Counted from the stretch's first letter, positions 39,472-48,260 are shown. The stretch is DNA of 64,000 bases from Chlamydiales bacterium (GCA_031292375.1 JARLHF010000021.1:1785-65784), one strand, 5' to 3'. Program-made: numbers and translations. Notes: generated by a model from the sequence alone, not told the origin.

Positions 39472-40774
39472 AAGAGCACCTCCTCATATTGTTATTCTTG
39501 GAGCTGGTATTTCAGGGCTTTCTTTGGGTTATTTTTTAAAAAAGTTCTTAGGTAATAGTGTAAAGGTCACTCTTCTTGAAAAAGAAGCTGTTGTTGGTGG
39601 TTGGATGCAGACAGAGCAGCATGATTTTTTAATCGAGAAGGGGCCTAGAAGTTTTCGTGCATCTGCTGTTCAGGAAGTTTTCTCACTTGTCAAAGAGCTT
39701 TCTCTTGTAGATCAATTATTACCTGCTTCAAAATGTGCTAAAGTACGTTTTTTGTTTGAAAGTGGTAAGTTAAGAGCTGTTCCGCGCTCTTTATTTGAAT
39801 TTCTTTTCTCTTCATTTTTTAAGGTCCTTGCTCCTTCTTTGGTAAAAGAAGTTATGTATAAAGTTAGAAAAGAGTTTCAGGAGGAATCGATAGCCTCGTT
39901 TTTTACGCGTCATTTTGGCCGCCAGGTTACAGAGATATTTGTAGATGCCTTAGTAAGTGGTGTCTATGCAGGAGATATGCATGAGCTTTCTATGAACGCG
40001 TGCTTTCCAAATTTTGTGAGATTTGAACAAGAGTATGGATCGCTTGTGAAGGGCATGCTTAAATCTTCTGTCAAAAGTGATATTTATTCTTTTAAAAACG
40101 GAATGCAAATGCTTCCAAAAGCACTTGAAAAGTTTCTTGGGGAGGATATAAAAACAAATTGCTCTTGTAATGGTTTCACATTTTTTGATGAATTAATTAC
40201 TGTTTCTACAAATGAGGGCTCTTTTTCTGCAGATATTCTTTGTAGTACACTACCTGCTGATGTTTTTGCTGATCATATTTCTTTTCATTCACAGAAGCTT
40301 GGCTCTGAATTGAAAAACATACCTTATCAATCTATAGACGTTGTTAGTCTTTGTTATAATAAAAAGGTATTAACAAGGAGTGGTTTTGGTTACCTTGTGC
40401 CATCAAAGGAAAAAGAAAAGATAATGGGGGTCATCTTTGAGTCATCTGTTTTTCCAGAGCAAAATATGTTAAAAGATGAAACAAGACTCACTGTAATGTT
40501 AAAAGGTGGTTTAGACGATCCTTTAGGACATGCTTTGATAAGTTTGCAGAGACACCTTAATGTTTTTGAGCCTTCTGTTGCATCTTTTGTAAGAAAAGCG
40601 CGCATCCCTCAATATACACTTGGTCACCTCGATCGTGTTAAAAAAATAGAAGAGTCTCTTTTGAAACTCTCCCCTAATATTCATATTCTTGGTAATGCAT
40701 TTTATGGTGTTTCTATAAATGACTGCATTGTTAGAGCTAAAAAGGTAGCTGAAAACATTGCTCATCAGTTATAG
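39464..40774 (+). CDS. hemY: FAD-dependent protoporphyrinogen/coproporphyrinogen oxidase (HemY type)
   Basis: N-terminal dinucleotide fold IVILGAGISGLSLGYFL...EKEAVVGG. 436 aa. Overlaps the hemE stop by 8 nt. Confidence 0.8.
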   Translation: MPKRAPPHIVILGAGISGLSLGYFLKKFLGNSVKVTLLEKEAVVGGWMQTEQHDFLIEKGPRSFRASAVQEVFSLVKELSLVDQLLPASKCAKVRFLFESGKLRAVPRSLFEFLFSSFFKVLAPSLVKEVMYKVRKEFQEESIASFFTRHFGRQVTEIFVDALVSGVYAGDMHELSMNACFPNFVRFEQEYGSLVKGMLKSSVKSDIYSFKNGMQMLPKALEKFLGEDIKTNCSCNGFTFFDELITVSTNEGSFSADILCSTLPADVFADHISFHSQKLGSELKNIPYQSIDVVSLCYNKKVLTRSGFGYLVPSKEKEKIMGVIFESSVFPEQNMLKDETRLTVMLKGGLDDPLGHALISLQRHLNVFEPSVASFVRKARIPQYTLGHLDRVKKIEESLLKLSPNIHILGNAFYGVSINDCIVRAKKVAENIAHQL

Positions 40775-40818
40775 ATTAATGTATGATGAAAGTATTGCTA
40801 TTAAACTTCTTGCGTAAT

Positions 40819-40843
40819 TATACACAAACAAGTTCAAGAATTG
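40819..40843. repeat. left-arm half copy of the TATACACAAAC repeat family followed by a T7 run
   Basis: tatacacaaacaagttcaagaattg is identical to 7599..7623, then ttttttt. Lies 45 nt after the hemY stop and is wrongly included in the track ORF 40783. Confidence 0.7.
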
Positions 40844-40890
40844 TTTTTTTGACATCTTTATCGTTAAATTTTTCAACCATATATTCACAT

Positions 40891-41691
40891 ATGCTCTCAA
40901 AACTTATCAATAAATCTACTCAAAAAATTTCAATTTTTCCAAGCAAAGCTAATTATGCAAGATGTCTGTTACTTATCTGTATTTTAGGTTTTTGTGCGTG
41001 CACATCTCCTGATTTAGAGGAGGGCACATACCGCATAGCAAGGGATCCCTCTTGGTATCCTATGACTTTAATGGGTAAGGAGCCAGGTGTACTCGGATTT
41101 TCAGACGATCTTGTTCGTGCTATAGCTGAGGAGGAGGGATTGTCTGTTACTCTTTATCTTACTAGCTCAAGTTCTTTGGAATATGGCTTATCTGCTGGTA
41201 ATTGGGATGCTATTTTAGGCTCTATTCCGCCCGTTGTTGGATACAATCAAATTTATTCATTTTCCTCCCCTTACTTGTCGCTAGGTCCTGTATTAGTAGT
41301 TCCTATTGATGCAGATGTTGTTTCCATAGGAGACTTGTCTGGTCAAGAAGTAGGTATTCTTGCAGGATCTTCCTCAATAACGCTCTTAGAGCAAAATCCA
41401 GCCATTATCATAAGAACTTATAATAGTATTCCAGCGGCTTTAGAAGATTTGGTAGTAGCCCAAAATATCAATGCTGTCTTAATGCCTGCTTTGCCTGCTT
41501 ATGGATATGTAAGGGACATTTATTATGGTCAGTTGAAAGTTGCCGGAAAACCTTTGAATAACATAGGTCTTCGCTTAATTACTTTGATCGATCAGGAACC
41601 AAAATTGATCAAGAGATTCAATGAGGGTCTTCAGAAGTTACAAGAAAATGGTAAGTATGATGCTCTTCTTGCTAAGTGGCACTTAAAATAA
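40891..41691 (+). CDS. amino-acid ABC transporter substrate-binding lipoprotein (family 3 SBP)
   Basis: From ATG 40891: MLSKLINKS...ARCLLLICILGFCAC (signal/lipobox-like), then an SBP_bac_3-like body (DPSWYPM, GFSDDL, WDAILGS, KWHL). The track start at 40783 reads through a repeat element. Confidence 0.7.
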   Translation: MLSKLINKSTQKISIFPSKANYARCLLLICILGFCACTSPDLEEGTYRIARDPSWYPMTLMGKEPGVLGFSDDLVRAIAEEEGLSVTLYLTSSSSLEYGLSAGNWDAILGSIPPVVGYNQIYSFSSPYLSLGPVLVVPIDADVVSIGDLSGQEVGILAGSSSITLLEQNPAIIIRTYNSIPAALEDLVVAQNINAVLMPALPAYGYVRDIYYGQLKVAGKPLNNIGLRLITLIDQEPKLIKRFNEGLQKLQENGKYDALLAKWHLK

Positions 41692-41748
41692 CTCATATTA
41701 CGTAAAAACTTTAAAATAGGCTCTTGCGAAAGATGAGTTAAAATAAGA

Positions 41749-41804
41749 AGAATCGCGACATTAAAACCTCTATAATGTCACAATTTAGTAGAATCGCGAC
41801 ATTA
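41749..41804 (+). promoter_or_regulatory. two 15-bp direct repeats bracketing a TATAAT box upstream of the Fic-family gene
   Basis: agaatcgcgacatta at 41749..41763 and 41790..41804 (perfect, 41-bp period). tataat at 41771..41776. GGAGG precedes the TTG start at 41818. Confidence 0.4.
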
Positions 41805-41817
41805 TACCGGAGGAAGA

Positions 41818-43209
41818 TTGGCAAAACAAATTTCTAATAAAATCCTTGATGCTATTTTGCAAATAGTAGAACGGTTTTCTCAAGGAGCTTCTTTAGGGGA
41901 TATTTTGCAGGTATTGATGCCTACTATGGCCAAGCGTTCTTTGCAGCGGTATTTAACCCTTTTGGTAATGGAAGGACGCTTAAATATCTCGGGAAAAGCT
42001 CGTTCTAGACGGTATCACTTGCCCGTTGCAGAAGCTATTATATCAGTAAAAGATGAAAGTTTAGCTGATAGGCAAACAGAAATATTGATACCCCTATCAT
42101 CAACGGCTTTGTCCATTCGAACAAACGTTCGCAGGGTTATTCAAGCGCGCCATCCAGTTGGTTATAACCGAGAATTTCTCGATAAATATCGTCCTAATGA
42201 AACATATTATCTTTCTGAAAGTATGCGAAATTATCTATTTAAAATAGGAAAATCACCAAATGGTAAACGTCCAGCAGGAACTTATGCCAAGCAAATTTTA
42301 AACCGTCTATTGATAGATCTATCATGGAATTCAAGTCGATTGGAAGGAAATACTTATTCGCTTCTTGAAACAGAGCGATTGCTGGAACTAGGAGAGGTTT
42401 CAGAGGGTAAAGATAGTCTGGAAGCTCAAATGATCTTGAATCATAAAGCCGCTATTGAGTTTATAGTGGAATTGGCTGATCAGATGAAGTTTAATAGCTT
42501 TATTATTTTTAACCTGCATGCGCTCTTGTCAGATAATTTACTACGTGATCAGCGAGCTTGTGGTGCTTTGCGCTCCCAACCAGTAGGCATAGCCAAATCG
42601 GTGTACCAGCCTCTGGCGATTCCACAATTGATTAGCGAGTATTTTCAACAGATTTTGGATACTGCTAATGCTATTACAGATCCATTTGAACAATCATTTT
42701 TTGTGATGGTTCAATTACCTTATTTACAACCTTTCTTGGATGTTAATAAGAGGGTTTCGAGGCTTGCTGCGAATATTCCTCTAATTCGTGAAAACTTATG
42801 TCCCTTATCATTTGTGGATGTGCCTGAAGATGAGTATGTCAGTGGTCTTCTTGGTGTATATGAATTAAATCGTATTGAATTGTTGCGTGAAGTGTTTGTG
42901 TGGGCTTATGAGCGTTCCAGTTCTCTTTATTCAGCAACGCGTCAAGAACTTGGAGAGCCAGATCCTTTTCGTTTGCGCTACCGTGATCTTATTATCACAA
43001 CGGTAAGAGAAATTATTTGTGGATGCATGGATAAGTTAGCAGCAATAACATTTATTAGGAAAAAAGCTTCTGAATGCGTTGTACCTAATGATCAGGCAAA
43101 ATTTATTGAAATAATTGAAATTGAACTGATGAGTTTGCATAAAGGGAATATTGCAAGGTTTCGGTTGAAGCCATTAGAGTATGATGTATGGTTAAAGACA
43201 TGGCGTTAG
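41818..43209 (+). CDS. winged-helix + Fic-domain protein with a degenerate active-site motif
   Basis: N-terminal wHTH-like region (LQRYLTLLVMEGRL). Fic_N-type motif SSRLEGNTYS. The core motif reads QPFLDVNKRVSR where HPFxDGNGRxxR is expected. Confidence 0.75.
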   Translation: MAKQISNKILDAILQIVERFSQGASLGDILQVLMPTMAKRSLQRYLTLLVMEGRLNISGKARSRRYHLPVAEAIISVKDESLADRQTEILIPLSSTALSIRTNVRRVIQARHPVGYNREFLDKYRPNETYYLSESMRNYLFKIGKSPNGKRPAGTYAKQILNRLLIDLSWNSSRLEGNTYSLLETERLLELGEVSEGKDSLEAQMILNHKAAIEFIVELADQMKFNSFIIFNLHALLSDNLLRDQRACGALRSQPVGIAKSVYQPLAIPQLISEYFQQILDTANAITDPFEQSFFVMVQLPYLQPFLDVNKRVSRLAANIPLIRENLCPLSFVDVPEDEYVSGLLGVYELNRIELLREVFVWAYERSSSLYSATRQELGEPDPFRLRYRDLIITTVREIICGCMDKLAAITFIRKKASECVVPNDQAKFIEIIEIELMSLHKGNIARFRLKPLEYDVWLKTWR

Positions 43210-43925
43210 GCAAGTGTGGGGTGGTATTTTTCTTGAAAGCGGTCTCCAAACACATATCCAATTGACTTTAGGGCATGTGTATGTGGGTCTTTTTCGTTGT
43301 GGATGTAGACAGCGTTGGTTTCAGTAAAGGTGACTAAAAGGTAAAGGGCTTCTTTTTGTCCATAGAAAAGGTTGAAAGAGAGGGGGAAGTATTGGTTAAA
43401 AAAGACGATGTCCCCTGGTCTTTTAGGAAACAGACTTTTGCTAGAAAAGAGTTCTTGTTCTTCTTCAAAGAAAGAGGGTGTATTTTCTGAGAGTAAAATG
43501 AGAGCTCCTCCAAGTATGCCTTGTATAGAACTTATTTCGGGTAGGCGATGCTCTTTATTCAAGAGCTTTGAGAAGAATTCATTTTTTCCTTGATAGGGAA
43601 GTTGTGTGGTAGAAATAATTTGATCAAAGCCTAGTCGTACATGCTTTTTTAGCATGAGCTCTGCTGCAATGCTTCCTAGTTGCTTATTACAAATTATTTT
43701 GCGCAAAATGGGCATATTTCTAGAAAGATCTCTGCTTGCAAGGAAAACATCTTCTGGTGTGAGTGTAAAGAAGGTGTCTTTTGGGATATGGAAATGGTTA
43801 CATAGAAATTCTTTTACGAGGTCCGCTGCAAGTTCTACTTGTTCTTTGGAGAGAAATTCTTCAAATGCAATGAAAGAATGCGATTCAAAAAAATCTTTGT
43901 GTTGAGTTGTGATAGTCCACTTCAT
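43206..43925 (-). CDS. hypothetical cytoplasmic protein
   Basis: 239-aa ORF, convergent with the Fic gene (4-nt overlap). No motif recognised. Confidence 0.5.
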   Translation of the reverse strand: MKWTITTQHKDFFESHSFIAFEEFLSKEQVELAADLVKEFLCNHFHIPKDTFFTLTPEDVFLASRDLSRNMPILRKIICNKQLGSIAAELMLKKHVRLGFDQIISTTQLPYQGKNEFFSKLLNKEHRLPEISSIQGILGGALILLSENTPSFFEEEQELFSSKSLFPKRPGDIVFFNQYFPLSFNLFYGQKEALYLLVTFTETNAVYIHNEKDPHTHALKSIGYVFGDRFQEKYHPTLA

Positions 43926-44003
43926 TTTTTTTCCTCACATTTAGTGGAAAGTGATTATAGAGAAGCTTGCCACAAAAAGCAACTCTTCTGTACACTGTCT
44001 TTC

Positions 44004-44729
44004 ATGGTAAATTCAGTCGAAAAACTTATTGAAAAGGCTCCTGAGATTGAAGAAAAGCTAGGCTATGTCTTTAAAGACAAAAATTTGCTGGCACTTTCTT
44101 TTATTCATCGCTCCTTTGTAAATGAAAATAAAGATATGACTAGGGAGCATAACGAGCGCTTGGAATTTTTGGGCGACTCTGTATTGGGACTATTGGTAGC
44201 AGATTACCTTTACAGCTCTCTTCCTCTGAATACAGAAGGAGATTTATCGTATCTTAGGTCTCGCCTAGTAGAGGGGGCTTGTTGTGTTTTGTTTATCAAT
44301 CAATTAAATGTTGAGAGTTTTTTGCTCCTTGGTAAGGGAGAAAGAATGAATGATGGTAGAGGACGAGAATCTATATTAGCCGACCTTTTCGAAGCCCTAA
44401 TTGGTGCAATTTATTTAGATGGTGGTATTGGAGCTGCAAGTAAATTTTTGTTTGGTCATTTTCAAAATGAGATGGACCGTATTTTGACTATGCCTCTTCG
44501 TAACTGGAAGGCAGAATTGCAAGATTATAGCCAGAAAAAATTCCAGCAGACTCCCGTATACAGAGTTGTAAGTGAGACGGGACCTGATCATAGCAAAGTT
44601 TTTCATGTGTCTGTTCATATTAATGAAGAAGAAGTGGGAAGTGGAACGGGGGCTTCGAAAAAAGAGGCGCAGCAAGAAGCTGCAAGCGATGCTCTTCATA
44701 AAATTTTGGCTTTTCAAGAGTTTGTATGA
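44004..44729 (+). CDS. rnc: ribonuclease III
   Basis: From ATG 44004 (MVNSVEKLIEK...): signature ERLEFLGDSVLG, EALIGAIYLDGG and a C-terminal dsRBD (GPDHSKVFHV...GSGTGASKKEAQQEAA). The track start at 43839 overlaps the upstream divergent gene. Confidence 0.93.
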   Translation: MVNSVEKLIEKAPEIEEKLGYVFKDKNLLALSFIHRSFVNENKDMTREHNERLEFLGDSVLGLLVADYLYSSLPLNTEGDLSYLRSRLVEGACCVLFINQLNVESFLLLGKGERMNDGRGRESILADLFEALIGAIYLDGGIGAASKFLFGHFQNEMDRILTMPLRNWKAELQDYSQKKFQQTPVYRVVSETGPDHSKVFHVSVHINEEEVGSGTGASKKEAQQEAASDALHKILAFQEFV

Positions 44730-46099
44730 CAAAACAAAAGATAGTGTGGTCATGCGCTGAGTGCGGTCACAATCAGTATAAATGGTCTGGGCAATGTCCT
44801 CAGTGTAGCCAATGGAATACTCTTCAGGAAGAAATTGAAGTCTCTCTTAAGACAAAGCGCTTTTGCGACAAGGCGCAAGAAACCTCTCGTCCTGTTCGTT
44901 TAAAGGAAGTTAGTCTAGTAGAAAAGCCGCGCTTTCAAACAGAGTTTATCGAATTTGATCGATTACTTGGCGGCGGCATTGTTGTTGGCTCTTTAACATT
45001 AGTTGGTGGTGAGCCTGGTATTGGGAAATCAACTATTTTATTACAAGTGGCCTCGTTGCTGGCAAAGCAGGGGCATTTAGTTCTTTATGTTTGTGGAGAA
45101 GAATCGGTCTCTCAAACTTCAATGAGAGCTAGGCGTTTAGGAATAGACAGTGATAACTTATTACTTCTTTCTGAGACCAATTATTCCCTTATTCAGGCCC
45201 AGGTGGATGCTTTAAATCCAAGCATTTTAATTATTGACTCCATTCAAATTATCTATAAGCCAGAGATTCCCTCGGCACCAGGTTCTGTATCACAGGTTCG
45301 AGAGTGCACTGCAGAGCTTATGCACCTTGCTAAAGGTAGAGGCATTTCTACATTTTTGATTGGACATGTTACAAAGTCAGGAGAAATTGCAGGGCCCAGG
45401 ATCCTTGAGCATCTTGTGGACACAGTTTTATATTTTGAGGGTGATAAGCAAAATCAATTTCGCATGATGCGTGTTGTTAAAAATCGCTTTGGTCCAACAG
45501 ATGATATTGCAGTTTTTCAAATGGGCACAAAAGGGCTTACAGAAGTGCACAATCCTTCGGAGATTTTTTTAGAAGAGCGTAAACGAGGCAGCTCTGGCTC
45601 TGTTATTGTCCCCACTATTGAAGGATCGCGGCCCATCCTTATTGAAGTGCAAGCACTTGTAAGTCATACAGTCTTTACATCACCCTCTAGACGCTCTGCA
45701 GGCCTTGATCAAAATCGAATGGCGCTACTTTTGGCAGTATTGGAAAAACGAGTTGGCTACCCTCTTCATCAAAGAGATGTGTTTGTCTCCATTGCAGGAG
45801 GTATTCGTATTATTGAACCAGCACTTGATTTAGGCGTGCTTCTTGCTATTGCATCTTCTCTTATTAACAAAGCAGTTCATCCAGAAGTGATAGTTGTAGG
45901 TGAAGTAGGTCTTGGAGGTGAAGTAAGATCTGTTTCTCGCATAGAGATGCGCTTAAAAGAAGCCATTCACATGGGTTTTACCAGATGTTTAATTCCAAAG
46001 CGTAACTTAGCTGGAATTTCTGAAGAATTTCATAAAAAATTGGTTTTAAAGGGTGTTGAATTCGTTGAAGAGGCTATCGATGTGTTGCTTCCCTCTTAA
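44726..46099 (+). CDS. radA: DNA repair protein RadA
   Basis: Zn finger CAECGHNQYKWSGQCPQCSQWN, Walker A GEPGIGKST, KNRFG motif, Lon-like C-terminus. ATGA overlap with rnc. Confidence 0.95.
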   Translation: MTKQKIVWSCAECGHNQYKWSGQCPQCSQWNTLQEEIEVSLKTKRFCDKAQETSRPVRLKEVSLVEKPRFQTEFIEFDRLLGGGIVVGSLTLVGGEPGIGKSTILLQVASLLAKQGHLVLYVCGEESVSQTSMRARRLGIDSDNLLLLSETNYSLIQAQVDALNPSILIIDSIQIIYKPEIPSAPGSVSQVRECTAELMHLAKGRGISTFLIGHVTKSGEIAGPRILEHLVDTVLYFEGDKQNQFRMMRVVKNRFGPTDDIAVFQMGTKGLTEVHNPSEIFLEERKRGSSGSVIVPTIEGSRPILIEVQALVSHTVFTSPSRRSAGLDQNRMALLLAVLEKRVGYPLHQRDVFVSIAGGIRIIEPALDLGVLLAIASSLINKAVHPEVIVVGEVGLGGEVRSVSRIEMRLKEAIHMGFTRCLIPKRNLAGISEEFHKKLVLKGVEFVEEAIDVLLPS

Positions 46100-46745
46100 T
46101 ATTATTGTAGGTGCTAGAGACTCAAAGCTTTCTAGGACTCAATTTAGAGAAGTGTATGAAGAGATTAGAGTTTTTTACCCCTCTATTGTTTTTACACCTA
46201 TCTGGTTGAAGACAATGGGTGACATGGATCAAACAACAACGCTGAGAACACTTGAAAAAACAGATTTTTTTACCAGAGAGATTGATCAGCTACAGCTTCA
46301 AGGCGGATGTAGAATTAGTATACATTCTGCAAAAGATCTTCCAGATCCTCTACCAAAAGGTCTTATTATTGCATGCCTTACTAAGGGTGTAGACTCTTCA
46401 GATAGCCTGGTACTGCGAGAGGGAGAGGATTTTTTTTCATTACGAGCTGGTGCAATTATTGCAACATCTTCTTTAAGAAGAGAAGAAATGGTTCGAAAAC
46501 TAAGACAAGACCTATCTTTTGTGGATATTCGGGGTGCAATTGATGTGCGTTTGCAAAAGTTAAACACAAAAGAAGTGGACGGTGTTGTTGTTGCAACAGC
46601 GGCATTGATCCGTTTAGGGCTGTTATCAAACATAAATTGTATAAAGCTTTTAGGTAGTACAGTGCCTTTACAAGGCAGGCTTGCAGTTGTTGTAAGAGAA
46701 GATGATAGTGAAATGAGAGCTATGTTTTCTAGTCTGGCTTCCTAA
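46053..46745 (+). CDS. hemC: porphobilinogen deaminase, short form lacking domain 3 (start uncertain)
   Basis: GARDSKLSRTQ, SIHSAKDLP, ATSSLRR, IRGAIDVRLQKL and the DGVVVATAAL pattern match HemC domains 1-2. The ORF ends at about the equivalent of E. coli residue ~215. Confidence 0.8.
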   Translation: MLNSLKRLSMCCFPLNIIVGARDSKLSRTQFREVYEEIRVFYPSIVFTPIWLKTMGDMDQTTTLRTLEKTDFFTREIDQLQLQGGCRISIHSAKDLPDPLPKGLIIACLTKGVDSSDSLVLREGEDFFSLRAGAIIATSSLRREEMVRKLRQDLSFVDIRGAIDVRLQKLNTKEVDGVVVATAALIRLGLLSNINCIKLLGSTVPLQGRLAVVVREDDSEMRAMFSSLAS

Positions 46746-47411
46746 ATGAAGAGAGTTTTGTATCTTGGGTTAGATCCTGCTCGCTATGGAAAGCCTGTAT
46801 ACCATCTGCCACTCATTCAAGTTGTTGAAAAAAACCTAAATGATACCTGTTATAAGCAGATGTGGGAGCATTTTTCTCAATTTAGCTTGGTTATTTTTAC
46901 GAGTCAAAATGTTGTTAAAATACTATGTAATGCTTTAGCAGATAGACAGCTACTAGAACTTTTACATGAAAAAAAACTTATTTGTATTGGTATGGCAACA
47001 CAGAATGCGCTTTTTGAATATGGTTTTAATGGGATTGTAGCTAAAAAAGAAACGGCAGAAGGTGTTATTGAGCTTTTGCAAGAATGTTTAAGCAATGACA
47101 ATGTTCTTTATTTGCATTCATCTTGCGCAAGAGTGGTTATAAGAGAATTTTTAAAGGAAAGAGGGATTCAGCATTTTTCACAACCTATTTATGATACAGA
47201 ATTGTTGTTCCCTAAAGAACTCCCCTCTTTGGATGAATTTGAAGAGATTGTTTTTACAAGTCCATCTACGGTAGATGCATTTTTAAAAATTTTCAAAGTA
47301 TTTCCAAAAAATATTTCACTTCTTGCAATAGGTCCAATTACAAAGCTCTATCTAGAAGCGGTTTCAGCAAAAGATGCATATACACAAACAAGTTCAAAAA
47401 ACAATTCTTGA
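46746..47411 (+). CDS. hemD: uroporphyrinogen-III synthase
   Basis: Starts immediately after the hemC stop (TAAATG). Two-lobed HEM4 pattern with FTSQNVV and FTSPSTVDAF. 221 aa. The last 11 codons and the stop lie inside a repeat element. Confidence 0.7.
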   Translation: MKRVLYLGLDPARYGKPVYHLPLIQVVEKNLNDTCYKQMWEHFSQFSLVIFTSQNVVKILCNALADRQLLELLHEKKLICIGMATQNALFEYGFNGIVAKKETAEGVIELLQECLSNDNVLYLHSSCARVVIREFLKERGIQHFSQPIYDTELLFPKELPSLDEFEEIVFTSPSTVDAFLKIFKVFPKNISLLAIGPITKLYLEAVSAKDAYTQTSSKNNS

Positions 47412-47426
47412 ACTTGTTTGTGTATA
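47379..47426. repeat. most complete copy of the TATACACAAAC palindromic repeat (19-bp stem)
   Basis: tatacacaaacaagttcaa-aaaacaattc-ttgaacttgtttgtgtata. Overlaps the 3' end of hemD. Confidence 0.8.
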
Positions 47427-47477
47427 AATGTTATCCATATCGGATCCTTTCATTTGATTAAGCGCTAGGAATTTTTT

Positions 47478-48260
47478 TTGTTAAAGTTCTGTAAAGTTCT
47501 AGTTTTTTTGTTGGTTTTGTGTGCTCTGCAAACAGGGATGTTTGCTTTTCAGTGCCCTACTCAAAAAATTTGTATTGGTCCAGAAGGCTATTATTTAAAG
47601 CGTATGAAGGAGGGCGGTGCTTGGCAGTCAGGCACATTGATAGGAGTTTATGGGACATATGAGCGCATTAAGCCAAATTCTTTTTATTGGGGCCTAATAG
47701 GAACTTATGCCAATGGAAGAATAAATGGAAAAAGTGCTCTTGGAAAAGATTTGGCTTCAAATTTTACAGATGAAGAAATAGAAGCTCGTTTGGGATTTAC
47801 GATTAAGGATAATTGTAGATACTCTTCTCTGTTTACCCCTTTTATTGGTTATGGATACCTGGAGCAAGTGAATAGTTATTTGCCTCCCTCTGTTCTTATT
47901 CTTCAATTTAAAGATAAGATTACATATTTTTCTTTTGGTTTCTTATCGGAAGTTAAAATGTCTAAGAGATTTTCTATTGGTTTAAACGTCTTAATGAAAT
48001 GGATGTTAGAAGGGCGCTGCGAGGTAACGGGTGATCCTGATGAAGATGATAGTCTATTCATTATAGAAAATGAAATGCAATATGCACTAGAACTTCCTAT
48101 CGTCTATCAATTATCCCAACATAAAAAGGTGTTTACACTCTCTTGTGTGCCATTTTTTCAGTTTCGTCATTATGGGGGCAGAGAGAATTACCCATTTGAT
48201 TTCATAGATACAAAGTTTAGAGTTTATGGCTTGCGCTTGCTTTGTAATTACTGGTTTTAA
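47478..48260 (+). CDS. putative outer-membrane beta-barrel protein
   Basis: TTG start. Signal peptide MLKFCKVLVFLLVLCALQTGMFA, alternating hydrophobic pattern, C-terminal ...LLCNYWF (aromatic terminus typical of OMPs). Confidence 0.55.
   Translation: MLKFCKVLVFLLVLCALQTGMFAFQCPTQKICIGPEGYYLKRMKEGGAWQSGTLIGVYGTYERIKPNSFYWGLIGTYANGRINGKSALGKDLASNFTDEEIEARLGFTIKDNCRYSSLFTPFIGYGYLEQVNSYLPPSVLILQFKDKITYFSFGFLSEVKMSKRFSIGLNVLMKWMLEGRCEVTGDPDEDDSLFIIENEMQYALELPIVYQLSQHKKVFTLSCVPFFQFRHYGGRENYPFDFIDTKFRVYGLRLLCNYWF

Noticed and set aside
43206-43925. Assigning the 239-aa ORF to the PhyH/2OG-oxygenase family on the basis of its N-terminal look.
   Set aside because: I could not find the HxD...H iron-binding triad in the expected context, so it is left as hypothetical.
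43839-44003. N-terminal extension of the RNase III ORF (track start 43839). Similar extensions occur for Rhs (7126..7251), epmA (9268..9312), the substrate-binding protein (40783..40890) and the condensation-domain ORF (30997..31083).
   Set aside because: The extensions overlap neighbouring genes, repeat elements or a terminator hairpin, and they lack homology. Internal starts give canonical N-termini: signal peptides or conserved first motifs.
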